This document shows positions 1 to 8,522 of a stretch of 64,000 nt of DNA, piece after piece (positions within the stretch are counted from its first letter, which is position 1; each line of letters starts with the position of its first letter). Both the position numbers and the translations under genes were made by a program. This stretch comes from Escherichia phage PhaxI: sequence record JN673056, one strand, 5' to 3'. Below the pieces are notes generated by a model. That model saw only the letters and a program-made list of their open reading frames with translations. It was not told where the DNA came from and searched no databases.

Positions 1-2742
1 ATGAAAATGCGCAAGTCCGAGCATTTCGTGCGCTCTTCTTCTACCATCGTCGGACAGACATTCAATGTCAAGATGACGGATAAATTATTTGAAACATTAT
101 TTTCAAGTCTCTACAAATATAAAGAGGCGGCGTCTTTGCGTGAGACGTTGTGTAATGGTATAGACTCACATAATATGCGTGATCGCCAACAACGCTGGAT
201 GCCATCGCATTATGCTCCTCTCACTCCTATGCCTCAACGATACAGCAAACATCTTGCCCCCAAGGGAACTCCTGTTGTTGTACATTTACCGGATGTTATG
301 GAACCCTGGCTGGAAATTAAAGATTATGGGGTTGGTCTTCCATTAGAAATGATCATCGGCGAGCCTATTACAGCGCGTGAAGATGAAGTGCTGGTTGAAG
401 GTAATATCGTCGTGAAGGAAGACGAAATCCCTGATAGCACTGCTGTTATTGGTACACCTGGTTATTATAATGGGGTACTGGTATTCCGCGCTGAGGATGG
501 CGAGATCATTCGTGGACCTGGTTTGTATACAACACTCTTCCATAGTACAAAAGAGGACGACGACGGGCAAATAGGGGCGTTTGGGCTAGGTTCTAAATCC
601 CCATTTGCTGTATCTGATTCATTTACAGTAGAAAGTCGCTATGAAGGGAAACTGTATCGTTTCCTGATGTATCTGAATGCGGACAGAATCCCAACTGTGG
701 ATCTCATTACCAAGGATTTAGATACCCGTGATCCTAAACCGGAGGACACTGATGAGTTCAACGGCCTGACTGTTAAAGTTCCTGTAAAGAATCAGCGGTT
801 CACCGCCTTTGAACAAGAGTTGGTCCGTTTGGGTCGAGTGATGCGACCTTCAATGCGACCGAAGGTTGAAAACGCCAGTTATTCTTTCCGTTGGTCTGAC
901 ATCAACTTCGAAAACCGTGTAGGCAACACATATATCCAACCGAAGTCAGATTCCGACAACATCCACTATGCTGTCATGGGCGGGGTTTCTTACCCGATAG
1001 ATCTCGACCAATTGGACTCTGAAATATGCACCGTGCTGGAAAAATTCCCGAGTTCCTATACCTTCTTCGAACTTGGAGAATTGAATGTTCCTCCATCACG
1101 TGAAGACTTGTCATATGACGAGTTCACCCGTGAAAGCCTGAACCGAGTGTTCAAATATGTGGCTGACAATATTATGCAGGCGAAGATGTATGAACTTCGC
1201 CAGGCCGAATCTATGGGTCCTCTTATGCTTTATATGAAGAAGGCTCAATTGACCGATATGTTCGGTAGCGGTTTCCGTAAATTAGTGGAGCGAGAATTTC
1301 CTGCAGATAACCGTTTCTACAAAGGCACGTTCCGTTATATCGGAGCGCCGGACGTCGTGCGCGATTACTCTTTGGATGCACCTTTCCGGTCTATTGGTAG
1401 TCCTTACGAAATTGAAGTACACGACAACGGTGTAGTACACGACAGCATTTATGTGAACTCTGTCGGAAATTGGTTGAAATCTAAATCAAAAATTGCTGTT
1501 ATTATTGATAACTCGAATCGTGCTCGAAACCTGAAGATACAAACAGCACGCAATAACTTCAATGTCGTTATCGTCGTCAAACCGAATGAAAATTATTTCA
1601 GTAATCGGAATCAGCTGGCGGCACATAAAGAATCATTTACCAACCATGAGGAATTGAAGTCTTATTTTGAATCATGGATCGGTGTACAAGAAACAACGCC
1701 GGACTACCTGGTCTTTGCCGATAAACTGATCGAGGTCTTTGGCGATTTATTCAATCCGGATGAAGTCTATTTCATGCATGAAATGGAATATGTTCGCCCG
1801 ACCGTTGAAAAAGATCCTGGGATGTTTAGTTTCCATTACAATTCATTTAACTTCGACAGCGTTTATGAATTAGATGGAAAAACCGTTTCAGATATTATTG
1901 ATTCGGGCAAAAAGATCGTATATATCGAAGTATCTGGCCGAGAAGGTATCCATAAAATTCATGGTAATACCTTACGACAATCCACGGCTGGACATTTGCG
2001 TGAAGCGATGGAAAGAACGAAGTTCGGCGAGAATGGAAACGAAAACCTGTTTGATTTGCTGGGAGCACATCCAACAATCGTTCTTGCTCGCCGTAAATCA
2101 GTCCCGATGATGAAGAAATTTCCTGAAGTATTCATCCCCATTGACGCAGTGTTTGATATGTTGCTTGAGCATTATAAAGATGAATTTCAGGCGCTTGAAT
2201 CTAAGAAACTCCTGAAACTTCGCAAGGGCATAAACATCATGTCTCATCGCATTGATTATGGTGCCAAGCTGTTGATTGATTCCCATGGAAAAGTTACGGA
2301 TGGCTATGCCCATCATCAACATAGGGCAAAGGCAATCATCGGTTATGCGAAACAACAAATCACTGAAGAAGAATGGAAGATTGTTCGTATGCTGGCCAAA
2401 CGAAACCCGTCTGGATCGGGGTACGGTTATTTCCGCAAGGCTGTTGAGGAATTACATTATCGCATAGAAATGCCTTTCTCAACTACGAGATTTTTCCGCG
2501 CCTGTAACCAGTTAACTCAAGTTGTTGATTTATTGAATGAAAAATTAACTGCTGAAGGATTTGATGAGATAAAGGTCACTAGCACTATATCTCAAAAGCA
2601 AAAGGCCAAAAACCGATACCGAGTTGAATGTCATCGTTTGGTGAAATTCATGATGTCAACATATCAGCCTTCGGCACACAACGCGATTGAAGATGCCACT
2701 AGGTTTGTGAAGGCTATTTCAAAACGTATTCTCGGGGCATAA
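1..2742 (+). CDS. rIIA: rIIA-like protein (GHKL/Bergerat-fold ATPase domain)
   Basis: 913-aa ORF; ATP-binding motifs DYGVGLP and GAFGLGSKSPF as in the N-terminal domain of T4 rIIA; N-terminal segment FNVKMTDKLFETLFSSLYKYK...NGIDSH aligns with the T4 rIIA N-terminus as recalled; directly followed by rIIB. Confidence 0.8.
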   Translation: MKMRKSEHFVRSSSTIVGQTFNVKMTDKLFETLFSSLYKYKEAASLRETLCNGIDSHNMRDRQQRWMPSHYAPLTPMPQRYSKHLAPKGTPVVVHLPDVMEPWLEIKDYGVGLPLEMIIGEPITAREDEVLVEGNIVVKEDEIPDSTAVIGTPGYYNGVLVFRAEDGEIIRGPGLYTTLFHSTKEDDDGQIGAFGLGSKSPFAVSDSFTVESRYEGKLYRFLMYLNADRIPTVDLITKDLDTRDPKPEDTDEFNGLTVKVPVKNQRFTAFEQELVRLGRVMRPSMRPKVENASYSFRWSDINFENRVGNTYIQPKSDSDNIHYAVMGGVSYPIDLDQLDSEICTVLEKFPSSYTFFELGELNVPPSREDLSYDEFTRESLNRVFKYVADNIMQAKMYELRQAESMGPLMLYMKKAQLTDMFGSGFRKLVEREFPADNRFYKGTFRYIGAPDVVRDYSLDAPFRSIGSPYEIEVHDNGVVHDSIYVNSVGNWLKSKSKIAVIIDNSNRARNLKIQTARNNFNVVIVVKPNENYFSNRNQLAAHKESFTNHEELKSYFESWIGVQETTPDYLVFADKLIEVFGDLFNPDEVYFMHEMEYVRPTVEKDPGMFSFHYNSFNFDSVYELDGKTVSDIIDSGKKIVYIEVSGREGIHKIHGNTLRQSTAGHLREAMERTKFGENGNENLFDLLGAHPTIVLARRKSVPMMKKFPEVFIPIDAVFDMLLEHYKDEFQALESKKLLKLRKGINIMSHRIDYGAKLLIDSHGKVTDGYAHHQHRAKAIIGYAKQQITEEEWKIVRMLAKRNPSGSGYGYFRKAVEELHYRIEMPFSTTRFFRACNQLTQVVDLLNEKLTAEGFDEIKVTSTISQKQKAKNRYRVECHRLVKFMMSTYQPSAHNAIEDATRFVKAISKRILGA

Positions 2743-2774
2743 TAGCCCCATTACCCCACAGTGAGAACTACAAG

Positions 2775-4358
2775 ATGAATGCTATAGAAAAACGTATTCT
2801 CAAGCTGTTGAATGAGAACAGAAGTCAAAGTTCAATAGCCAGTGAATTGGGCGTACCGCGCTCAATGATACAACGCGTGTCGGATAAAGAACTGGGAGTG
2901 GATCCAGCTTCGATTAAGTCTCTGACCACTGAACAGATTCAAGAAATACAAACCAAGAGCAGCAAAGGTGAAAGCAATTCTTCTCTGGCATCAGTTTATG
3001 GCGTCAGTGCCAAAACAATTGCCCGCGCCCTGATGGTTCGTATCATCAAAGAATCTAATAACGTGGTCGTGATTTCGCCAATTAAAGAATTGACTGAAGA
3101 AGGGAAAATCCCCGACACCTATGAAGTTCTGGAAGGTTCGGTGTCTGTCGATTCTGAAGGCGAAGAATGGTATGTTGGCCGTTTCCTGGAAAACCAAACA
3201 GTGTTTATCTGTATGCGTTACGATAGCTCTGCTGCTATTCAGGCCAAACTTTTCAGAAGCGAAGAACTGAAACCGTTAGAAACTCGGTCAAGCCGCTTCA
3301 ATGAAGAAAATATTTCGCCGTTAGCAGAACTGGCGACAGCACTGGTTGATGGCGTTACCAAAGTCAATGACGGCGTGGTAATCAGTGTACAACATGACGG
3401 CGAAACATACCCGATGCGCGGTTCCCTTGATGCCCGTCGGCGCGTGGGTTACTTTGATGTAATTTTAGGCCGTACACTTCGTCTGGCATTGTCATCCGTA
3501 TTATTCGTGGTCAAGACTGTTGCAGTTGTTGGAGAAACAGGCGACAAGCAAACTCAGAATTCATTTAATGAAAAAGATCTGTCTGTGTTCCTGAACGAAC
3601 ACCAGATCATGATTTTGCCGGAAAGTATCGTGATCGTGGTTGATGGTAAACCGGAAACGATCACAACGAGCCACCAGGCGTATGACCGTATTGTTGAAGC
3701 GATTAAAAATCGTGACGTCAAAACAGCGTACACTCTGATGAAACCGCGTGAAGCCATCAAACAATTCACCACAGGCATGGTTGACCTTTCAGACAATCGT
3801 GTTCGCTGGGGTGGCTATGATATCACCGGAACTTCCGTTGCCAAACGCATTTTGGCTTTGGCATTAAAAGGCGATTATCCGAACTTGGAACGCTTGGGTC
3901 GTTTCCTGGACAAAATGTTCCAAAACCCGAGCGCCGCGCTGGTTCAGTCCGGTCGAATCTATGAATTCATGGCATATTCGGATATCGAAATTCATGAAGA
4001 CGGTGATATCATCCTGTATAAATCCGTTCGCGGTAACTACATGGACAAGCGCACAGGAAAAGTTAGTAATGCTCCTGGCACCATTGTTCGAATGGCTCGC
4101 TCATTTGTGAACGATAACAACAAAGATCTGTGCTCCTATGGTCTTCACGTTTGTTCTCTGGCTTATCTGAAACAATGTTTTGGTAGCCTAGGACAACGCG
4201 TTGTCCGTTGCAAACTGAACCCGAAAGATATCGTGTCTATCACTGATGATTATGGCTCCAGTAAAATCCGCTGCTGTGAATATCTGGTATTAGACGATTA
4301 CACCACGGAATACAACCGCCAACATAAATCCATTGATGTTGAAGGTCTATACAAGTAA
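2775..4358 (+). CDS. rIIB: rIIB-like protein
   Basis: 527-aa ORF; N-terminal HTH-like repeats (SIASELGVPRSMIQRV, SLASVYGVSAKTIARAL); C-terminal CSYGLHVCS...RVVRCKLNPKDIVSI...KIRCCEYLV matches the conserved rIIB C-terminus as recalled; immediately downstream of rIIA. Confidence 0.8.
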   Translation: MNAIEKRILKLLNENRSQSSIASELGVPRSMIQRVSDKELGVDPASIKSLTTEQIQEIQTKSSKGESNSSLASVYGVSAKTIARALMVRIIKESNNVVVISPIKELTEEGKIPDTYEVLEGSVSVDSEGEEWYVGRFLENQTVFICMRYDSSAAIQAKLFRSEELKPLETRSSRFNEENISPLAELATALVDGVTKVNDGVVISVQHDGETYPMRGSLDARRRVGYFDVILGRTLRLALSSVLFVVKTVAVVGETGDKQTQNSFNEKDLSVFLNEHQIMILPESIVIVVDGKPETITTSHQAYDRIVEAIKNRDVKTAYTLMKPREAIKQFTTGMVDLSDNRVRWGGYDITGTSVAKRILALALKGDYPNLERLGRFLDKMFQNPSAALVQSGRIYEFMAYSDIEIHEDGDIILYKSVRGNYMDKRTGKVSNAPGTIVRMARSFVNDNNKDLCSYGLHVCSLAYLKQCFGSLGQRVVRCKLNPKDIVSITDDYGSSKIRCCEYLVLDDYTTEYNRQHKSIDVEGLYK

Positions 4359-4377
4359 CCGCGAACTGACATAAAAG

Positions 4378-4403
4378 AGGGGGCTTCGGCCTCCTTTTCT
4401 TTG
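4378..4403 (+). terminator. Rho-independent terminator (UUCG tetraloop hairpin plus U-tract)
   Basis: GAGGGGGC-TTCG-GCCTCCTT followed by TTTTCTTT, just after the rIIB stop. Confidence 0.6.
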
Positions 4404-4411
4404 AGGTCGAT

Positions 4412-4711
4412 ATGGAAACCAGAGATGTTTACTTCGTGTATGAGCAACAGGCATTTGGATCACTGCGCCGAAAAACAAAGTTCCTTGTTGATTCATTCCA
4501 ATTTGATGGAGAACTCAAGGAATACTCGTTCAGGAATTTTCCTCCGAGAGAAGTCATAGGCGACCAGTTCGTGAAATTATTTTGTCGTTGTGGCGGCTGT
4601 GACTTTAACGACGACGGATATTCCATGCATGTTTATTGCTGCAATTGTTGTGGTAAATATATTACAGTCTATAGGAGAACTGATCATGGCGAAGACACAA
4701 AAGAAAATTGA
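4412..4711 (+). CDS. hypothetical Cys-rich small protein
   Basis: 99-aa ORF with CRCGGCDF...CCNCCGK cysteine clusters; starts 9 nt after the terminator. Confidence 0.45.
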   Translation: METRDVYFVYEQQAFGSLRRKTKFLVDSFQFDGELKEYSFRNFPPREVIGDQFVKLFCRCGGCDFNDDGYSMHVYCCNCCGKYITVYRRTDHGEDTKEN

Positions 4712-5099
4712 AAACACCCAAACCATCCAAGAAATCACTGCACAGGAAGAAAATAAACTTCCCAGTTATCTGCAACGCGTGGTGGATAACGTGCCTCAGG
4801 GCGGCGACGGCGGTATTGTCTACGCTGGTGACTACGGTTGGGTGTGTGAATATAAAGACGGCTCTAAGGAGCTTCTAGAGGAACTCACCGGACTTGCCGG
4901 AACTTTGCGCCGTTATGGGTTAGATAAATTCGGTAAGCCGATGAAACCAGGTACTGTGGTATCAACCGATATTACAGTTGAAGTTCTTCTTTTGCTCGAT
5001 ATCAATGATCTTAAAACACTTGCGGAACCCCTGGGTATCGACGCGACTGACCGTAATGAAATAATCTCGCAATTGGCTGAAAAACTGCAGATTAAATAA
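4686..5099 (+). CDS. hypothetical protein
   Basis: ORF 4590..5099 trimmed to ATG at 4686 (MAKTQKK...) preceded by AGGAG; first part of the track ORF overlaps the previous gene. Confidence 0.45.
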   Translation: MAKTQKKIENTQTIQEITAQEENKLPSYLQRVVDNVPQGGDGGIVYAGDYGWVCEYKDGSKELLEELTGLAGTLRRYGLDKFGKPMKPGTVVSTDITVEVLLLLDINDLKTLAEPLGIDATDRNEIISQLAEKLQIK

Positions 5100-5131
5100 T
5101 CCCAGTGTATAACTGCTGATTATAATTCAAT

Positions 5132-5524
5132 ATGGCTATCGTTGACGAAAGCAATTTGATGGAGTACGCTCTAAGACATTATATCACCCCTGGTGTCTCA
5201 AGAGATGATTTGATGGTAGACATTCAGCGAATTTCGCTAATTAATCAATCATTGAAAAGATTTGTGCCAGGGAAAAGTCCTCGAGTACTTATCAATCAAT
5301 TGATTATTCTTTTCAATACCTTTGAAACCGAAGCCGTGTGCCGAATGTTGGTGTTGAAAACGGATAAGAACCAACATCCTCGTCTTAAAGCAGCGCTGTT
5401 GACGTTAGGAGTTTGGCGAGATGATTTATGTTCCGGTTCATACGAACCAGATAATGAGCTGATGATGGCTCTGAACAACGATTTGGATGAGTGGAGGAAA
5501 CCATGCCAACAATCACAGTATTAG
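5132..5524 (+). CDS. hypothetical protein
   Basis: 130-aa ORF in the early plus-strand array. Confidence 0.45.
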   Translation: MAIVDESNLMEYALRHYITPGVSRDDLMVDIQRISLINQSLKRFVPGKSPRVLINQLIILFNTFETEAVCRMLVLKTDKNQHPRLKAALLTLGVWRDDLCSGSYEPDNELMMALNNDLDEWRKPCQQSQY

Positions 5525-6312
5525 TCGCACCGGAAGTTGTCCGCAACAAACCCGAAACCGAACGCAATCATGTCGTGACGGGTGTTGCAAAGGGTTGGCA
5601 AAAGACCAGCCTCAACCAAGATCCTGATGAGATCCTGACCGAATGTAAAGGTCTTGACGCTCTGCTCACCAAGAGCAATTTACAAGCGGACGGTGTCACC
5701 AAAGTGGATCCCACCAAGCCTATCGGCTTTCAAGTATCTTATGAAATCCACGATCCGAATGCTATTTTAACCACCGGACTTGTGATTACTCCAGCTACAG
5801 CCAGCGGAGAGATCGGACAATTTGTTGAATTGCTAGCGACGGTATCCCCTGCCAATGCCACATATCAAGGCGTTAATTGGTATTCTGGTGATATTACGAA
5901 AGCTGTACATGTCGGTGGTGGTAAATTCAAATTGCTGGCTTCAGGAACTGTAACGGTTTATGGTGTCACGGTTGAAGGGAATCACACAGATTCTACGGTT
6001 ATTACAGTTGCAGGCGCTCTATCGCTGTCGACTGATTTACCTGCCACCAAAGACGTGACTTCTGGACAAGACGGAACCTTTAGTGTTGTTGCTGCGGGCG
6101 GTACAACTCCATACACTTATGTGTGGCATTTCTCTGATACTCCTGGGGGTGCGGGGTCAGTTATCGATGCTGGCACTAATGCCACCGCCGCCACTGCTAA
6201 CCTGGTTATCACAGCAGTTGAAGCCGCAAATGAAGGCGAATATTGGTGTGTTGTTTCTGATGCAGATGGCCATTCTGTCACGTCTACTCGTTGTGAAATG
6301 GCTGTGGTGTAA
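5503..6312 (+). CDS. Ig-like domain protein (BIG2-like plus I-set-like domains)
   Basis: ATG at 5503 preceded by GGAGGAAA; segments ATYQGVNWYSGD...VTVYGVTVEGNHTDSTVITV and TPYTYVWHF...NEGEYWCVVSDADGHSVTS resemble bacterial Ig-like/I-set folds (Hoc-like). Confidence 0.5.
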   Translation: MPTITVLVAPEVVRNKPETERNHVVTGVAKGWQKTSLNQDPDEILTECKGLDALLTKSNLQADGVTKVDPTKPIGFQVSYEIHDPNAILTTGLVITPATASGEIGQFVELLATVSPANATYQGVNWYSGDITKAVHVGGGKFKLLASGTVTVYGVTVEGNHTDSTVITVAGALSLSTDLPATKDVTSGQDGTFSVVAAGGTTPYTYVWHFSDTPGGAGSVIDAGTNATAATANLVITAVEAANEGEYWCVVSDADGHSVTSTRCEMAVV

Positions 6313-6315
6313 TTT

Positions 6316-6537
6316 ATGAAGAGCTTCCAGGATTTCCTTGAAGACTCTTCTGCTCCGGCAACCACGACCGCCGATGTGGGGAAACCCGAAGGCGGTATGG
6401 TTAAGGAGCCTGTCAAAAAACCAAAAGATCTTGAAGAAGAGTCTGATTTTAAAAAGATCTTTGGCAGCATTTTCAAAGATTTGGATTTATCCAAGGCGCG
6501 AAAATGGAATTTCAGGACAGGCCAATACGACGATTAA
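6316..6537 (+). CDS. hypothetical acidic/basic small protein
   Basis: 73-aa ORF immediately followed by a strong terminator. Confidence 0.45.
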   Translation: MKSFQDFLEDSSAPATTTADVGKPEGGMVKEPVKKPKDLEEESDFKKIFGSIFKDLDLSKARKWNFRTGQYDD

Positions 6538-6560
6538 AGAGGCTTCGGCCTCTTTTTCAT
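6537..6560 (+). terminator. Rho-independent terminator (UUCG tetraloop)
   Basis: AGAGGC-TTCG-GCCTCT followed by TTTTTCATTT; a TATAAT hexamer lies about 17 nt downstream (possible promoter). Confidence 0.7.
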
Positions 6561-6624
6561 TTCCAGCATTGGGTGTATAATGGACCCGTTCCCCATGAGC
6601 GGAACCTAACTGAGGATATACCAA

Positions 6625-7134
6625 ATGCAATCTATGATCAAACGTAAAATAGAAATCTCCATGAATGCCCATGTCGATATGATCCAGCAGCTTGTGGCAG
6701 ATGCGTATGAGATACAAAAGGAACGTCAAATTAGGGGAGTGATAGACCCTATTTGCTCCGGCAACATGCTCTACTACAGAATGCTCCGCCAGACCGGACA
6801 TACAGCCGCTCTGAAGAAACTACTTTCTAAAAAGTTTCAGGTCGAAAACGACGCATATGTGTTTGGCGTCTTCCATACTTCTCGTGAACGTGATGCATTC
6901 TTCTATCCTTCCCGCAACCCTCAGACGGGCGAAGAATTACTTATCCCTGATGTCGACAAGAAAGAGAGCACGACGACAATCACCCATTTCATGGGGACCA
7001 GGATCGATAAGGCTAACATAATCGTGTTCTCTGACACTCTACATGATGTAAAACGTTTAGCCGCTGCCCGTGAAATGTTGCAGGATGCTCGGACCAGTCT
7101 CACAAATTTGACTTTAGTAGTGTTTCTGGGCTAG
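6625..7134 (+). CDS. hypothetical protein
   Basis: 169-aa ORF; start preceded by GAGGATATACCAAATG; small hairpin GTTCC...GGAAC just upstream of the RBS. Confidence 0.5.
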   Translation: MQSMIKRKIEISMNAHVDMIQQLVADAYEIQKERQIRGVIDPICSGNMLYYRMLRQTGHTAALKKLLSKKFQVENDAYVFGVFHTSRERDAFFYPSRNPQTGEELLIPDVDKKESTTTITHFMGTRIDKANIIVFSDTLHDVKRLAAAREMLQDARTSLTNLTLVVFLG

Positions 7135-7143
7135 ATATCTGTG

Positions 7144-7164
7144 TGGGGAGAGAACTCCCCATTT
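7144..7164 (+). terminator. terminator-like hairpin
   Basis: TGGGGAG-AGAA-CTCCCCA followed by TTTGAATC (weak U-tract). Confidence 0.35.
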
Positions 7165-7180
7165 GAATCGGAGGTGATTT

Positions 7181-7372
7181 ATGCTACGTTGCAAAAGAGG
7201 TTCCAACTCCTTTAAGTTAGGCATGCTGACTGGAGTAACGTTCATGATTGCTTTAGACAGCCTTGTGGGACTGCTTTCCCTTCCTGATTTTAGGATGGAA
7301 CGATTCATATTGTTAGTTCTATTTGGCGGCGTCTCTATTATCTGTACCCTGAAAGCATATAAAAAGATTTGA
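7181..7372 (+). CDS. small hydrophobic (membrane) protein
   Basis: 63-aa ORF with two hydrophobic stretches; RBS GGAGGTGA 5 nt upstream of ATG. Confidence 0.5.
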   Translation: MLRCKRGSNSFKLGMLTGVTFMIALDSLVGLLSLPDFRMERFILLVLFGGVSIICTLKAYKKI

Positions 7373-7412
7373 CCTGATTACACACAGCAATTTTGATTTG
7401 AGACCCTATATC

Positions 7413-7898
7413 ATGCTCCCATTACTCAATGTTCCAAAAGAACGTATGACGCCGGATAGTGAAGGCAAGACACATTACAACATATACAGTCGAAGCCGCA
7501 CCGAACTAGGCAGATTCCTTTCCCATTTTGCATACCATCCCATGGATACTGTTGATGGTAATTTCAACTCAATAGAAAGCTACTGGTATTGGCTAAAATA
7601 TCGCCACGACGACTTGCGTAGTCTTTATGGGAACGACGCCAAGCAATTTGGACAAACCCTGGCCAAGTCACGCATCGTTGTATTGTCCCCTGATGATCCC
7701 AAATTTAAACGAGACATTATCGCAGCAACGAGTCAAAAATTGCTGACAATGCCATCCAAGTTGAGATTCCAATTGGCCCATAGCCGTCTCCCCCTGATTC
7801 ACGCTTATGAACATCAGGGGAAATACAGTTTTCAAAACTCTATGGATTTTATCATACAGCATATTAACCGCTTCCGTCTAGAAGGATATTTGAAATGA
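7413..7898 (+). CDS. NADAR (YbiA/DUF1768)-like protein
   Basis: Segment HYNIYSRSRTELGRFLSHFAYHP...DGNFNSIESYWYWLKY matches the N-terminal signature of YbiA/NADAR proteins (FYS...G.FSNF..P...DG...SEHYFQA.K); the C-terminal NADAR motif was not recognised; the track ORF uses a TTG at 7398, first ATG is 7413. Confidence 0.4.
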   Translation: MLPLLNVPKERMTPDSEGKTHYNIYSRSRTELGRFLSHFAYHPMDTVDGNFNSIESYWYWLKYRHDDLRSLYGNDAKQFGQTLAKSRIVVLSPDDPKFKRDIIAATSQKLLTMPSKLRFQLAHSRLPLIHAYEHQGKYSFQNSMDFIIQHINRFRLEGYLK

Positions 7899-8473
7899 AT
7901 TTTCTAAAAACTATCTTCAACACATCATATGAACTCAGCCAGCGCGATCCTAATCGTTCTCCTGTGTTTGTATATTGCAAACTCGTGGAAGAGTCTTGTG
8001 AACTATCAGATGTGCTTTATGGAATCGCTGCATCCGAACCCCTGAACGGTGAAGTGGCGGACGTTATCATCTCGGCTCTGGATCTATTATATGTTGTGGA
8101 TTATCAACAAGTTCAACAACATGGGTCTATGACCAAAGAAGAAATCTTTGACTCCATGTTGTTTGCTTTGGCTACAGCCAATCACACAACTGATCTCAGC
8201 CAACATACGTTGGAGGATTATTGGTTCTGCAGTGGTGTTGAAACTATAGACAAATATCTTGCGATGGTTAATCATTACAAAGGCCGCATCACTCGTTTAC
8301 TGAACCAACCTCAACGTTCAGAAGATAATATGGTGGACCTGGTTTCAAATCTGATACGCAATACTGCCAAATTGGCGTGTGGATATAATCAAAACCATAT
8401 CAACACGATCGTTAAAGTGGAACATGCCATAGAACACAAAGTGGAAAAATGGCGCACTAAATTTGGTCTATAA
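7895..8473 (+). CDS. MazG-like all-alpha NTP pyrophosphohydrolase
   Basis: Motifs LVEESCELSDVL and EVADVIISALDLLYVV resemble the EExxE and E..D helices of MazG/dimeric dUTPase-type NTP-PPases. Confidence 0.4.
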   Translation: MNFLKTIFNTSYELSQRDPNRSPVFVYCKLVEESCELSDVLYGIAASEPLNGEVADVIISALDLLYVVDYQQVQQHGSMTKEEIFDSMLFALATANHTTDLSQHTLEDYWFCSGVETIDKYLAMVNHYKGRITRLLNQPQRSEDNMVDLVSNLIRNTAKLACGYNQNHINTIVKVEHAIEHKVEKWRTKFGL

Positions 8474-8522
8474 GCCAACCCCATACATAATCTTGTGTGT
8501 TTACCATTGACGGGATAGGCCG

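Noticed and set aside
343-570. 75-aa minus-strand ORF and other short ORFs antisense to rIIA (1874..2467 region)
   Set aside because: They lie entirely inside the well-supported rIIA coding frame on the opposite strand or in alternative frames, with no RBS or conserved features; treated as chance ORFs
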